NCBI RefSeq assembly: GCF_964204645.1 | Contig: NC_134027.1 | Location: 9,208,485 to 9,272,484, forward strand | Source: Tubulanus polymorphus | Lineage: Eukaryota; Animalia; Nemertea | Reading direction: 5' to 3' | DNA length: 64,000 nt | Shown: positions 30,655 through 44,553 of the stretch, one piece after another | How the letters are laid out: every line of letters starts with the position of its first letter | Position numbering within the stretch: the first letter of the stretch is position 1 | Notes under the pieces: generated by a model | Database searches by the model: none | What the model saw: only the letters and a program-made list of their open reading frames with translations | Told to the model about the DNA's origin: nothing | Program-made: the position numbers and the translations under genes

Positions 30655-30895
30655 AGCCGCGATCACACGAGCATTTTTGGCCCGCGTCAAATTTGGCCCG
30701 ACCAAAAATGTCGGACCAGACCCGAGCCAAATGTTAGCACAGGTCAAAAATCATTGCGTGTGAATTGCAACTGGTTCCGGAACTGACTCACTTCGTTTTG
30801 TTTAAACATTGTTTAGTAGTGAGTGCTCTCTAATTTGACTTGGGCAAACTTGACTCGGGCCTCATCTGCGCCAAATCGTCGCTGTGATCGCGGCT
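30655..30895. mobile_element. PIF/Harbinger-like MITE
   Basis: TIR AGCCGCGATCACA..TGTGATCGCGGCT; 3-bp TSD ATT; subterminal GGCCCG/CGGGCC repeats. Confidence 0.8.
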
Positions 30896-32087
30896 ATTGC
30901 ATTCATTCAATCTGCATCGCGGTGCAAAATGATCTCGATTGCTAGTTATCTTTGTCACGTCACATCGGCGTCTGTTTTTCTCGATTCACTTGTACAATAT
31001 GCGGTAATCATTAACAACTACTCGGACCTTTTTCGCTGCCTCCCCCGGTGCACAGTTAATTACGCTTACTATGAGCGAACGATTTTGAAAACATTCCGAG
31101 ATACATTTCACATCGAGACATGACGAACCGGAAATTAAACTGCTTTTTTTCTTATATCGACGAAATCATTCTCTTTCGCTGTAGCTTATATGTCGGTTTT
31201 TAGAGAGTGGGATTATCAGGCTTTTATGAAAATAATTATCGCGGCGCACTCTTCATCGCCAAAGGTCACGCTGAATTGGTGTCAGCAATGTCCTTGGGAA
31301 CTTCAAGATTCGCCGAGAAACAGACCAGAAAACATCGTTAAGTCAGTCGAGAATAGCGAGAGTTGCCGGCGACAATGGTCGAGTGTCATGTTAAATGTCA
31401 GGCACCAAACACAGGAAGCCGATGTCAGCGCCGATTTCCATAATGACAGCGGCGGCTAATCCAAAAGCAGTAGCCTCGCATCGTCGTTGATTACAGAGAT
31501 AAGCAGATAAGTGCTAACTGGGCTGTCGAAGTACTGAACGAACGTACATGTCTGCATACCGACAACAACTACTAGTCACTAAGCGTAAATCGTGTGACGA
31601 ATGTGAATGGCCAGTCAGAGGTATTGACGATGATAAGACCGAAACGCAGTCGATTGACGATGGATCATTCGAAATCGAGCGGGTATTTATCATTCGACTC
31701 TTGTAAGTGCTTCGAGCGAAGAACCGTGTCGGCTGTTTTTTTTTAAAGAATAATCATACCAAGTTCCATGCCAGCCTGTTCTGATCACTATGATCTTATG
31801 GTCGTCCCAGGAGAAGGGGTATAAATTTGAGTATCAAGTCTATACTTAGAGATAACGGCTGGCCGCCGCCATGCCGTCAACGCCACTACAACCCAACAAC
31901 CTTTTTTTTGTCCTAATACGGAATCTTGGAGACTTTGATTTTTTTTCAATTCTACCTTCCAGCCATATTTATCTGCACGCCGTTGTAGTAAGGCACATAA
32001 AAGTTCGCTATACTGCATGACAGGAGCAGAAAATCAGCCATAATACTCTGCATGTTAAGGAAGGCCTAGAGCAGAAATTAACGCCAT

Positions 32088-32220
32088 GATGGTGGCTGAT
32101 TTGGGCCATAAACGCACAATTTCTGTATGCAAATGAGGGCGCTAGAATGTCAGGAAGCCGAAACTTCGAAAAACGGCGAATTTTCTGCGAAAACCGATTT
32201 CGGTGCGCTAAAATTGCATC
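32088..32220 (+). mobile_element. Truncated copy of the 41040 MITE family (left end)
   Basis: ATGGTGGCTGATTTGGGCCAT...TATGCAAATGAGGGCGCTAGAA matches the 41040 left arm. Other solo ends TATGGTGGCTGATTC at 40041 and 51856. Confidence 0.7.
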
Positions 32221-33547
32221 CAATAGTTTTTCGTTCGTAATCAATGATGGACTTTTCGTGTCTGTCTAAATGCGCAGGTGGCGGAGAGATTTCTACACCT
32301 TTCTGAACTTGCAGATAAATATGGCTGACTTTTCAGCGTCTTTCTGAACGTTCGACGGATTAATATCGCCGATTCTTCTGCGCCTATGAATATGGTGGAC
32401 ATCGCTGCTCTTTTCTAATCGCACAAATAAACGTGGCTGGAAAAATGATAACAAAAGATAAATCAATGTTCTCAGGACGCCGCCGTATATATCTCCCGTT
32501 GAGGGCGGTATTAATTCATCACAAGCGCGACAAAAATCCATATTTTCACTCATATTATATTTTCATATGCCGAATTATTCATCACTTGCGACGCCACGAT
32601 CACGTTACACTTTTGCCAGTCCAGGCTCTACATTTTCATTTTCTTATTCGAGACATTCGCACCTTCTTCATCTACCAAAAAATAATCTCGAATATTTTTG
32701 TATATATAACTATACACACATACGTATATATATATATCAATATGTAGATATATATGATAACAAAAAGCACATAACTCTTCAAGATTGTGTCTTTGTTGCC
32801 TAGAAACTACATCTCAATGCAGTAAATTTGCTAGCTTCGCATCAGGACTTTAATTGCTTGGAAATTGCAGCAAAAAGCAGATTTCAAAATTTTCGAATGC
32901 CCTTTTTATTTCAAAATGACAAAAGTTGTACTACCCTCGACAGTGGTCCCTGGACCCGCCCCTGCCAGATGAAGATTGCCGATGCGGGCCGTGGACGTCA
33001 TCGGCGCAAGACAGTAGGCACTACTTTATCATTATTAGTCGTGGCCATTACAAGCCTTGATACGATCGTTATTTCAGAGAAGATAATTACTTTTTGAGAT
33101 TCCATATATTATTTCGATTGAGTTTGTTCGATATGAGGTGCACTATAAAACTAAATCCCGTCGGTGTTTTTTATTATCACGCTCGGAAACTTTCGGGAGT
33201 ATGGCAATTAATCACATGTCTGTGGCGGCCGCTAGCTACTAAAGAGATTCCAATCAAACACACATACATATATGTATATAAATATATATAGATTTACTCC
33301 GAAATTGATAGCACTGATGAGGTTTTTGTCTCGTTGACGACGAGAGAATGGAGTTATTACTTACGAACTGGTGACATCAAGATGAATAAAGTCATCGAAA
33401 GACCCGAGGGGCTATCATACATCGAATTTGTGACTTGATGAACGCAATGGATGTCGAGCGATTGTCTGTTTCTTACTTCACGATCGTAAGTACTCCATGA
33501 TTCTATTTATTATAGAATTGTGAAGATTCATCCAGGCTCCTTCATAT

Positions 33548-33787
33548 GGCTGAAACATTTTGACTTATTTTCACTGGATAATAAATAGCTTAATTTACCG
33601 GAGCTTACATCTATAGTTCTTTAGACTTGTTCGCCAACTGGGAATTCTTCTGATGACATCATTCTTGAGTCAGAATCCCAGAATGATGTCATCAGAGGAA
33701 ACCCCGTTGACGAATAAGTCTAGAAATCTAAATGAAAGTCCAGTAAGTTAAGATTATCCAGTGAAAAATAAGTCTAAATGGTTCAAC
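33548..33787. mobile_element. Foldback (fully palindromic) element, ~115-bp imperfect arms
   Basis: GACTTATTTTCACTGGATAAT..TAGACTTGTTCG..TCTGATGACATCATTCT / AGAATGATGTCATCAGA..CGAATAAGTCTA..ATTATCCAGTGAAAAATAAGTC. Confidence 0.7.
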
Positions 33788-34959
33788 TCCATTTATCATC
33801 GTAAATGAAATACAAATAATACTAAGTACGTGTTTGATACTGATTAGATATTAAACGTTGTTGTCAGGTTGGCAAAAATCTAGGCCTCGTGCAACCTGGA
33901 GTAATAACGCGGTTGTTTACATCGATCCCGGACGCAGTCGGAACTTAATGAAAGACCAGCATCGGATGTAAGCGTTTTAAACCGCGAATGGAGGTGAAAT
34001 GATTTATCGCCAAGTCTGCGATTGCTTCCTTCGCAAACTTCCATATCAAATTTTAATGCGGACAAATAGGCCTAAAGTCGGTAATTGAGGAGTCGAAAGA
34101 CTACACTCGCCGTGATCCATCAATTTATTGACGATGTCTCCGGGCTTGCTAGAGAACGACGATGTTGTTAATATGAGAAAATAATGTCATAATCCGAGTA
34201 AGAACAATTTACCGGCGAACTCCGCCGTGGTTGATAAGACTAAGAACGTCAAATGCTCCACGCAGGCTCAACAGTATACGTTGACTTCAAATTTCGAGAA
34301 TATCGAGAATATCGCTCTAAATCATTATCCGGATAATAAATTGGTATAGATTACAATCAACAAAATAATGCGCTTGTAGCCTAGTCTAATCTTCTTAAGT
34401 CTTGTCCGTAAAACGGTCTTTTGTGTTCCGTGAAACCCCGTCCTCGAAAAAAGCAAAGCCAGATATTATCATATTTTTTGTCTAAAGAGTATAGTCGATG
34501 CTATATATTATGCTTGCGGCACTTTCTTATAAAATGATTTCATTGGCTGTTTGATTAGCTATTCTGCAAAAAAAGGAAACGAATATAGATTTATGATTAA
34601 TGTCCAATACAAATCAATTATTTACCAATCGATTAGCACTTCCGTTCTTACAAATACCTACGTATCTAGGACACTTGGGATGTGGAATATGTTCTCGTTA
34701 ACCTCGTCGACAATATTCGAATGTCGTGCGCGCGCTTTTTGTCAATAAGAAGCAGACTCATCGAACAGAGAACCATCCAAAATCGCCACTCAATAGCCAT
34801 TTCCTCACATCACGTGTTTTTCTGATTAAATTCATGGGTGGTGCTACTCGTTATAAAAGCCGGCAAATGCGGAAAACAGTTTCAATTTTCTGAATCGTGC
34901 GATTTTTAATGTTGACATCCCTTGTAGACGTATAGACGTTCGCTAATCAAGATAGCACC

Positions 34960-35110
34960 ATAATTGCTGTTCATGTCCATAAACTCGGTCGTGGCTCCAG
35001 GGCTTTTATGTTTTATGAACCCGGTCTATGGAATTCAATTCCCCAGTAAATAAGGGAATGTCCATTAGTTCATTGTTTTAAATCCGAACTTTTAAACTTA
35101 TCTCTTTAAA
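34960..35110 (+). mobile_element. L2-clade LINE ORF2 C-terminal remnant
   Basis: Translates GSRAFMFYEPGLWNSIP*IRE..CFKSEL, then with a frameshift KTYLF-like, matching the RAF..P.LWN.LP..FK..LKT.LF pattern. Confidence 0.6.
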
Positions 35111-35752
35111 TTGGCTTATTTTCAAACTTCGTTTGCTGATTGTGTCGCTTGTTTTTAAATATCTTCTATTTTCATAGTTTCTAAGTTTTCACAGTATTTC
35201 CGGGAAAAAAACAGTGCTTATCCGACAATGATTAGATAAAAATCACGTCGTCTGAAATCTTAATGATTTTCAGCTCCAAAATGGCATGAAACAGTTCCGA
35301 CTGGCGACACAGCAGACGTGTCGTATTGATCGTGGCGGCCGAATCTGATAATTGAATCGTTTGCGCTTAATTGAAAACTCTTCTCTGCGAGTGTCGCAAA
35401 ACGAAATGAGTTAGCAAATTCTAAAAAAATGATTTCATTCTAATTCTACTAGAATGGCGAAAGGTAAATATTCCCGATTCTAGCGTGCGACGGTTGTTAT
35501 CACGCTAACGCTGTGCATATAAAGTGAATCGTCGAGAATCCACATGTCGATTTTGCGTGATTAAATTCAAAAGATCCGAATAATATCTTACACACGAATT
35601 GTGTGAACGGCGAATTGTTTGTCATACGCTCCTCTTCGCTAATGGTTGTGAAGATAATGAACTCGAACGCCTAGTACGTCTAAGAGTAATGAATTTTTCA
35701 CATATCAAAAATCAATAGATTCTAAGAGCGTCGGACTAGCATGAAATACATT

Positions 35753-35924
35753 ATATAGAGAATCACACTAGTATAACAAAAGATGAAGTCCGAAACGTTT
35801 CATTAAACGTATGATTCATTCGACATTTCGACTTTTCGGGAACTTTTCGGACTTCATCTTTCGTCATGTCAGTGTGCCATTCTCTAAATATGGTCACAAC
35901 ACAGACATAGTTTATCATCAATGG
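35753..35924. mobile_element. Penelope-like remnant related to the 14805 element
   Basis: Inverted arms AAAGATGAAGTCCGAAA / TTTCGGACTTCATCTTT. Tail GTCACAACACAGACATAGT resembles GTCACAGCACGGATGTAGT at ~14999. 11-bp direct repeat TGAAATACATT (35742-35752, 35925-35935). Confidence 0.5.
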
Positions 35925-36134
35925 TGAAATACATTGATATTCTTACCCAATCGTCTCTGTTACTTATTGTTTTAGGTTCAGTAACGGTATAATCGAAAAA
36001 TTGATCCAAAATTCAGAGATACAAATATGAATATTTAGGTGTATGGTAAAAAGTCTCTATTTTCTGTTCTATTTACTAAAAAGATTCCATGAACCAATTA
36101 TAGAACTATATATAAGCGTATGAAAACATGGAAC

Positions 36135-36209
36135 GAGCCATGTTGGCTGTTCCCAATACGGAGCCATGTTGGCTGTTCCCAATACGGAGCAATGTTGGCT
36201 GTTTCCAAT
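36135..36209. repeat. 26-bp minisatellite, ~2.9 copies
   Basis: Unit GAGCCATGTTGGCTGTTCCCAATACG. Confidence 0.9.
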
Positions 36210-37027
36210 TGGCTGCTGGGAACGGCCAATTATGATAAAGATAAGAAAAACAATTCTAAGCGATTTTGAGATGGTATTTTCGATATTTGAAAATATATTG
36301 ATATGCTAAAAGTATATCAAAAGCAGATTACAGAATTTAAAGGTTATTACTATTTTAATCGATAATTGTGTACGCAAAATATCATCAAACGTGTGTGAAT
36401 GGCGTAACGAATAATCATACAGCACTTAAAAATGTATAATTTGGTAGCACGAAGATTAATCGATGAAACCGAACGGCTAATATTCTTTTATACGCTATTC
36501 ATCGCGCGCTAATATCCGTATTTATCCCGAAAATGTTCGACGCATAGGAGATTCCCGACCGGGCGTAATTGACGAAATACACACATTTTTTGCGTAATAC
36601 GTATATGAATTAAGCGGACAAGAGTAGCAGCGCGAGAGATGGAAAAAAAGAAACAACTGTCATCGATGAAATTTATTGATTACGCAATTAATCACATCTG
36701 TTACGGTCTAGTCTAGTCTGTGTCTGCGTGTGGTAATCAAAATGTGACGTATAGCACCGCTTCAAACGTCAAATACTGCGCAGTATGAATCTCCTTTGAT
36801 TGAATTGATTTCGTATATTTTCTTAATGGCAATTGACGGTCGTGATATTCAAAGTAATTTAGACGTTATCGTCGCTGAATATTTGCCATTCCGCTGTCGT
36901 TGCGCTAATCATTCGGGGACTGGTGTAATAGACCGGTATTAACTTTTTTACCAGGGGCTAACTCAATTGAAAATGAATTCAGGAGTTAACCCTCAGGTTA
37001 AAATCAATATCTATCTATAAATAAACT

Positions 37028-37074
37028 TCTATTCTATACTATTACTATACTATACTATACTATACTATTCTATA
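37028..37074. repeat. (CTATA)n pentanucleotide repeat
   Basis: Imperfect CTATA/CTATT run. Confidence 0.85.
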
Positions 37075-37354
37075 AAACGGGCGCAGAAGTATTCAACCCG
37101 TCGACTTTTAAGTCCTTCGGACCCCTGGCTATTTCAGTTCGAAAAGACATTTAATCGGAAGGCCCGGATAGATAGACCTATATCGAACATTCAAGAAAAC
37201 TAACTTAAAGGTTAATTGAAGCCTTGAGAAATAACACATATATTGCGTTATATTGTCGATAACAAATGATATCTAGTATTGAGGATCAATGAAGTTATTT
37301 TGGATATGATTATATCGATAATTGAATTGAATTGACCGGTAACCAGTCAAGACT

Positions 37355-37535
37355 CGATATTGATGACGTAGTCCACATCTTTTCAAAAATGATTATTGAA
37401 ATTCATAAATAATGAAATAAGAAATTTGAAATATTGGTGACATAGTGCGCATCGACTCGCACAGAATCCCTTGAACAACGCATACCAGGTATCAATGTAT
37501 AGAAACATTTTGTAACAGTTTTTACGGCTTCAAAA
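37355..37535 (+). repeat. Dispersed repeat family copy 4
   Basis: GATGACGTAGTCCACATC, then GACATAGTGCGCATCGACTCGCACAGAATCCCTT..GGTATCAATGTATAGAAACAT..GTAACAGTTTTTACGG. Confidence 0.7.
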
Positions 37536-40500
37536 AGGTGGGATGTGGAAGAGTGAGGGGTAGGTAAGATAGAGTTATGATAAGATATGATGCGTAATGA
37601 AACATTGTGAGTTACATCTTGGCTTTTCAAGTTGCATCTACGTAAAGAATCAAACGAAACTTTTTCAAAGAAGAACCAATTTCCTTTTCTTTTGATATCG
37701 ATGGCTTGAACGGTTATTTTCATCGGTTAAACTCCCCGGCGTTAAATTGCAGCCCGTGTCATATTGATTTACTGAAGACTTTTACTTTTAGACACGAAAT
37801 TGAATTTGCTTTCATGTCGGCAAATTTCAAGTGCATTTTTACCGGCGTGCGGCGCCGAAAACTCTAGAAAGATTTACCCATTGATCGCATCCGGGTGATC
37901 GATTAGAAAACGTACACAAAAGAAGCTAATTGCGAATACGCATGAGTTACCCAATAAATAACAGTTGATGCCTTTACGTAATTATTGCGTAAACGCGCAA
38001 TCATTTTGGTCAATGATTAGTCTGTTAAGAATTTTTTCTATACTGAAGACTAGATCTTTCCTATCCTAATAGAGAAATCTTGGTCATCGCATCTAAGCAG
38101 TAAACTATACATCACCGCCCGTTCCCCATCGACTCTAAAGGTGCTATCAACTTATAACAGTATTTTCGCACGCTATTCGAACATTTTCGAGCTTCGCGTT
38201 GATTGAAAAGCGCTTGAAATTGAGAAATTACAATAAATCTTTTAACTTACGACGAGATTTTACTGGTAGTTTATCCGACGAAGCCTCTGTTAGCTATACG
38301 ACACAGATTGCTTTAAACGTAGTCCACGCGAATCGTGTCTCAGCCAGCGCGACGTCGACGACCACACGACCGTGCTATAAACAGTTGCCAAGGAAAACGT
38401 TTACCTCTAAATGAAGCTAGCCGAGCAGCTTCGCGGCGACGCAAACGTTACGTCACGTGACTATACGAGGCGTTTTTGCTTATTTCGCCGACATTCAGCG
38501 CTTTCCTTAAATGTTATCATCAGCAATTTAAGTGATGTTGAAGATGAAATGATATTTGTATAATACTCTGTATAGTAAATCCGTACTACATAGATCGTAT
38601 CTCTTTAATCCCTATATTCGTGTACATTCATGGAAACTGTACCGCAGAATTATCAATCCATGATTTCGGCAATCATATTTAATCTCATTGTTGACCCAGA
38701 TTTATTCCATGGAAAATTCATTTAGGAAATTGAGACCAGCTCTTTTTTATAATCTTGGAGTAATCATTTGACGAATGACTACTCGAAGCTATAACCCTAA
38801 CTTTGTTTATCGTGGCCAAATCATATAAAACGCATTCCGAAAATACAAGCTCAGTTTTGCCTACGACACTTCTGGACCAGGAATTTCTCGTTACAAACGT
38901 ATTCACCCAGCGTGGACTAATCTTTCGAAGAAAACAGGTTACCAATTTTCGGTGTCTCCATCGCCGACCAATATGTAGAATACATGGAAACCTCATTAGG
39001 AACAAAACTAGAGACAAAATATAATGTTTTGGATTATTCTGATGGACATTTACAAGAAAACAGAAAAATGACGGATAATTATAGAAAAATATCTAGTTAC
39101 AGTTTTAGTCAAAGGTTTTTCTATCAGCTTTTTTAGGTGTTTTAGCATCAACAAAAAGCAAAACATTTGGGACAATAAAAGCAGGAATATCTGTAATCGA
39201 CGATTTGAATTTCCGAATTCCCAGGATGAAATCCAGGTCCCAGGATGAAATGCTGATGAGGGACGAAGCAACAATGCTTGAAACGATTAATCTTAAAACG
39301 GATTTTCAGCAATAATGCTGGCATGTAGAAATTCAAATGGTGGTTACCGCTAAAAGGAAAACTATGTAGAATTCATTCACTTTTTTAAGTAGTGACAACT
39401 GTGTAAAGTGTTTTCCGCGCAATGATTATTCCACTCAAAATGTCTTACTATTTCGGTCGACTTTTATCCTCGATAACGTTCTGAAAAACGAGCCGGGTCA
39501 TGCGTATAGATTCTGAGACAAAATCGTGACAGTCATCTTAAGGAGGAACTATAAGAAATTCGAATGGCGTCGGGGCTAACGAGCGAAGCTTTCAGCCCGT
39601 TGTTCATTAGACAGATATCCCATATTCTGTACACGGGGGTGTCGCGATATATTTTGTATTCCAATCAGTAAGGCGCTTGAACCTTATGCTCTTTCTTTCA
39701 ATCGGTAGCGAATTCGACTTCTTTCTGAGTACGGATGTTATTGCCCTACATAATAAAGACGTCGAACAGTATGTTCAGCAAATATTCATGGCAGACATTG
39801 ATTTATGAGGCGCTGGACACTAACACGAAATCGTTGTCCATCCGGGCTCCACATGAAATTTTGATTCGTCGAACCTGCTAAGGGAGTCTAGTGGAGATGT
39901 TATCTAATCGAGACGTTGATCGTTCAAACAATTTTGCCTATTTTCACAATTGATTGATTGGTTGATAATATGTCATGATAAACCTGCATTCAAGACTACG
40001 TTTTTGCAGAATCAGTAAATTCCAGTGATAGGTACAAATCTATGGTGGCTGATTCGGGATACACTTAAAACAATTTCTGTACGCGGCTAGAGGCACGATA
40101 AAAAAATTAATCGGTCCATTTTTAGTTGGTTTGGTTTTCTTGTGCGAGAAACTATTCGGTCAAATCCACTGGAGAAGTCAAATATAACATTTGCCCCCAA
40201 CCCCCCACCACCCCCCCCCCCATCATCAAAACAACGATGGTGCTCACTAGATGATGAATAGTCAGGCCATAACGAATGAATACATCGCATTAGACTTTTT
40301 TCCGTTGTTTAAACCAAGAATGCGGTGCGAGAATAAACTAATTTACAAACAAAGGAAGCCCACCATTTCAGAATTTAAGTAATCCCACTATTTGCAAAAT
40401 ATCGACCGTACAATGAGCAATGGATTAGAAAAAAATGCGGAAATTATTTTGATTATCATTCAATGGCAATGCTTAACGTCCCGGGTCGATGAACAGACAA

Positions 40501-41039
40501 ATGATGTATATTTAAAGGTCGACAGCGTGGAAAAAACCGTCTGCAAAATCTAACCATGCGCAATCCCAAAACGTCCATCGAAACGTCGACCGTTCATGCG
40601 TGTAATGGGCAAATGGAATCGTAACATCAAATCGAATTGAAATCCCCGCACGGATTTTCACGCTGATGAACGGAGTTTGAATGTTACACACGTCAGAAAA
40701 TGTTTTACTCACTCGCGTTTGATGACGAGCTTCCTATGAAATCGCTAAACCGCGCAAGCTGTCAATTCTCAAACGTTGTTGCCACCGTCACTGAATTCCT
40801 CCTGTCGAAGTTCGTCAGATACGGCTCATTCAGAAACACATCGTCTGTTCGCAGTCGATGTATCACCAGAGTAGGTCTACCCATGGCATCGTCGATTGAG
40901 AGAGTCTATATGGCAAACCCGATCAGATAATTGAACAAACACTTTTCATGAGAATTTCTGAAACATGTCCTATGAAATGGAGTAGTTGATTAATAATAGG
41001 TTTATCTTACGTCCTAAATTACAACTTTTATGCCATAAG

Positions 41040-41268
41040 TATGGTGGCTGATTCGGGCCATCACGTAAATTCCTGATATGCAAACGAGGGCGCCAGAACG
41101 CAAAAACGAAAAAACGTAGAATTCTCCTTAAGAAAATCCATTTTTAACGGGTATCCTGATTTGGCGCACCTAAACAAAGAATCATTGCCAAAAAAGTTCG
41201 TTTTGGCGTTCTGGCGCCCTCATTTGCATATCAGGAAATGTTCGATATGGCCCGAATCAGCCACCATA
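41040..41268. mobile_element. MITE, IS3EU-like
   Basis: ~65-bp imperfect TIRs beginning TATGGTGGCTGATTCGGGCCAT; 6-bp TSD CATAAG (41034-41039, 41269-41274). Confidence 0.9.
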
Positions 41269-43018
41269 CATAAGAGTAATTAGTGTATATGAAAATGAAA
41301 AGTCGGCTTGCGTATTCACGGCTAAGCAGCATTCCAGAAAACGAAATATAGATATTTCCAGGAAGAAAATATGGAAATAGCCATGTTCCGAACTCAACAT
41401 CGCGAATAACATGTTCGTTTCTATAGTACGATACGGCGCCGTATTCGACGATGAATTAACCGGATGTTTTGATACTATGCGTTATGGTCACAAACGTCGG
41501 TTAAAAAGGAACATGAAACGAGTTCGACACGGCATGACGTATTCATTAACGCACCTTTCTGCTTTGCCGGCTAAATGGCTGAAATTGCCGCCGCGTCCAC
41601 GATCTCAGCGTGTACTTTGTCAATGAAAACGATACAAATTTTTTCGTAACCAATACGAAAAGGAAGCAGTTTGGTGAGCGGCGTACCCTTTGGGGGTCTG
41701 TGCGTTCACGCGCTTTTTGCAACGTTTTTCCAACTGACAGCGGCGCGATTAAAACCAATTATCCTTGCAACCAGCGAATAGTACCGATGACCCATGTGGT
41801 TCCTCAAGTCACTTAGTTCCTGTCACGCATGGACTGATTTCGAGCCAGAATTCAACTGAACAACTGCGGGGTAATGAAGCTGATGAAACGTATCTCTGTG
41901 CTGTGAGAAAAGAATTATGAATAACAAAGCAGCGATAAAGAGTTCCTGCAAATTGGCTAAAGTTATTAACTGAGATTACAGGCTTTTTACTATATTAACC
42001 CTTAGTGGAAAGAATATGAACTAATCTTACAGGGCCTCTAGCGTTATTAGATAAAAGTACCTGTGTACCGTGTTTTATTTGTGTTCCGTTGATTTAAAAT
42101 ATATTAACATTTGTCGAATGCACTACCAAGTTTGAAAAAAATATACTAATTTTGAAAGTCAGTGAAGTCTTCTTGGTAAGGAGTATCTAGATTACAAATG
42201 CAGATATCAATCTTTTAAGATTCTTGTGTGGAAGAAAAAAATAAATGATGGGAATAATGGTTATAATGGGAATAACATTAGTGTTTCTAAACTCTTACAA
42301 TCGATGTGTAATCTGGGGTATTACAAGATATGTGTTCGTGGTTATTATTCGACCGTAGACAGTACATTCCTTCTACCGATTGGTGGTTTGTGTCCATTAA
42401 CTTACATTGCGTCTTGTCGCTCAGCATTGCTTGTACTGAATGTACGTTGACTTCGCGGACGCGTGTCCTAAAAACCAGCCAGTAATTGGAAAACTTAATG
42501 ACAATAGTTCTAATCAATCTCATACGGCTTGGCATTGAAATTACGATAAAAAGAATTCTGCTACGACAGCTATGAAATGCGCAGAAGATTGTCCCTTTGA
42601 ATTTGTCGCTGGTCGCCCAACAGATTCCAACTACCATTGGACACTCAAGGCTGATGCATTGGTTTATCCGTTTGATGAGGAATTAGCGAAGCACTAAAGA
42701 AAAACACTTAATGTCCAAAAAAACGAATGCATAACGTGAGCTGACGATAAGACTGCGCATCTGTAATCGCATTTTAGAACAGAATCAGACACTGACTGAT
42801 AAGCCGTTGAGTCCTCTGAAGGTTGATCTTTTCTATCCTCAGGAGGCAACGAGTATACCGAACTTTTCTGCTAATGGCGGAAATATGCTTACATAAATCC
42901 GCATTTATGTCCATAGCTTTTTAGGTCTAGGGCCGATTTTGCCATGAGTGTTGAATTGGATAATTGTAGTACGTCTGACGCCTTTCGGCTACAATCCGAC
43001 GATAAGACGCACGGTTAT

Positions 43019-43318
43019 CAAGGCGGATCCGGAGGGGTTGAAACCCCCTTTACTGACAAAGTGCCCTATTAGAAATCACAGGGGAAAGATTTCACCCGAC
43101 ACTGATCTAATATGAAAGTCAAAAGTACTGCTAAGAGCAGTAATATGCACTAAAATTGCATCAAAATGTACGTATATTTTCAAATTTTCTTGGCGAGGAC
43201 CCCCAGGCCCCTCTGCAAGCATATCACGCCCACGGCGCTCGCCAGGATGGCTGCCACGACTACAAAGTTCCCTTTCCATATGAGGTGAACCCTGTATCTT
43301 TCAGCCTCGATCCGCCAA
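43019..43318. mobile_element. Degenerate hAT-like non-autonomous element
   Basis: Ends CAAGGCGGATCCGG / CTCGATCCGCCA; internal AAAATTGCATC..TTTCAAATTTTCT..GGACCCCCAGGCCCC resembles invertebrate hAT MITEs. Confidence 0.5.
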
Positions 43319-44205
43319 ATGAATATTGCGTTTTTAAGAATCGTTTCTAGTTGCAGTAAACATTGGGCATTACACAGCGCATACAACATTTAGTGAATAT
43401 TTGTGTGTCAGTTTTCAATGTATTTTTGAGAACAAAAACTAGCAAGAAAATCTAAATGACGAGCTTGCTCACTTTTGAAATCCTAATAAACACCCGTTAA
43501 TCTTCATTCTTTTAGGATACCACAAACATATAAATATTTCATGTTCACTTCTTTTTATCTTCGTATCTTCTTTTCCCGTGTATTACTGGTACCATAAATG
43601 ATTCATATCTTACTTGCCTGTTTCGTTCAAGATTAAAGTAATAAAAGGCTTTGGAAATGGCTTATTGTTCGTCAGTGCATGGAAGATATTTCGGGCAACA
43701 GTTTCTGCTCGTCAACATTTGATCGGATTTTACCAAATATGAAAGACTCATCAACGTCTATGAAGCTAATTTGCGCTTATAGCGGAAACTCACGATTTCA
43801 CGAACAAAATCAGTAAGCCCGTTTGAAAAACCCTATGATACACCGAGCGAACTCATTTTGACGTACACATGATACTTCCCGGTCTTCCAACTGATGAATC
43901 TTCTAAGGTGTGGCAAAAAATTGGTTAATCACGATTTTCTATCGGATAACGAAATACGCGCGCCGCGTTACGAAGCCCTTGGAGAGCTTCCATTATTTCG
44001 ACGCGTTACATTAATTAGAAATGACGCGCGCTTTCATAAAACAGGCAGTATGTGTCGCAAAATTAGAAAATTGCACTCTTTATCGGCGAGTTTGACGCAT
44101 GAGTGACAGGCGAACGGTAATCTCGCGTCACTGCGTCATCTATAGTTTACTATCATTGAGTAGCGAATTTCATTTGATGGTCGCATGCCAGCGTCTCATT
44201 CCAAT

Positions 44206-44553
44206 CATGGCAGAGCATTGTGGCCACATGATATTTTTCTTAAGTCGATGTTTTGAATTTGAAACTCGAAATTTCGACTTTTTCATAAAATGTAAAATTC
44301 ACACTATGGCACAACGAGATCAGTTTTGTCGTTCTCTCTTCAAGTTAGGTTTAAATAATGCCGAAATACGATACTGCCTTCAAGCACGATAACGTCATTC
44401 TAAGTGACCGAACAATTCGTCGAAAGGGTGCAAAGTTTCGAAATTTCGAGATTAAAAGTCGAAATTTTGAGTATAGTAAGTCGAAATTTCGATTTTCGAA
44501 GTCGAAATTTCTACAATGAATAAATTTTCATGTGGCCGCAATTCACTTCCGTA
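44206..44553. mobile_element. Degenerate IS3EU-like MITE related to the nested 47977 element
   Basis: Right end CATGTGGCCGCAATTCACTTCCGTA, left end CATGGCAGAGCATTGTGGCCACATG; internal GTCGAAATTTCGA repeats. No TSD recognisable. Confidence 0.6.
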
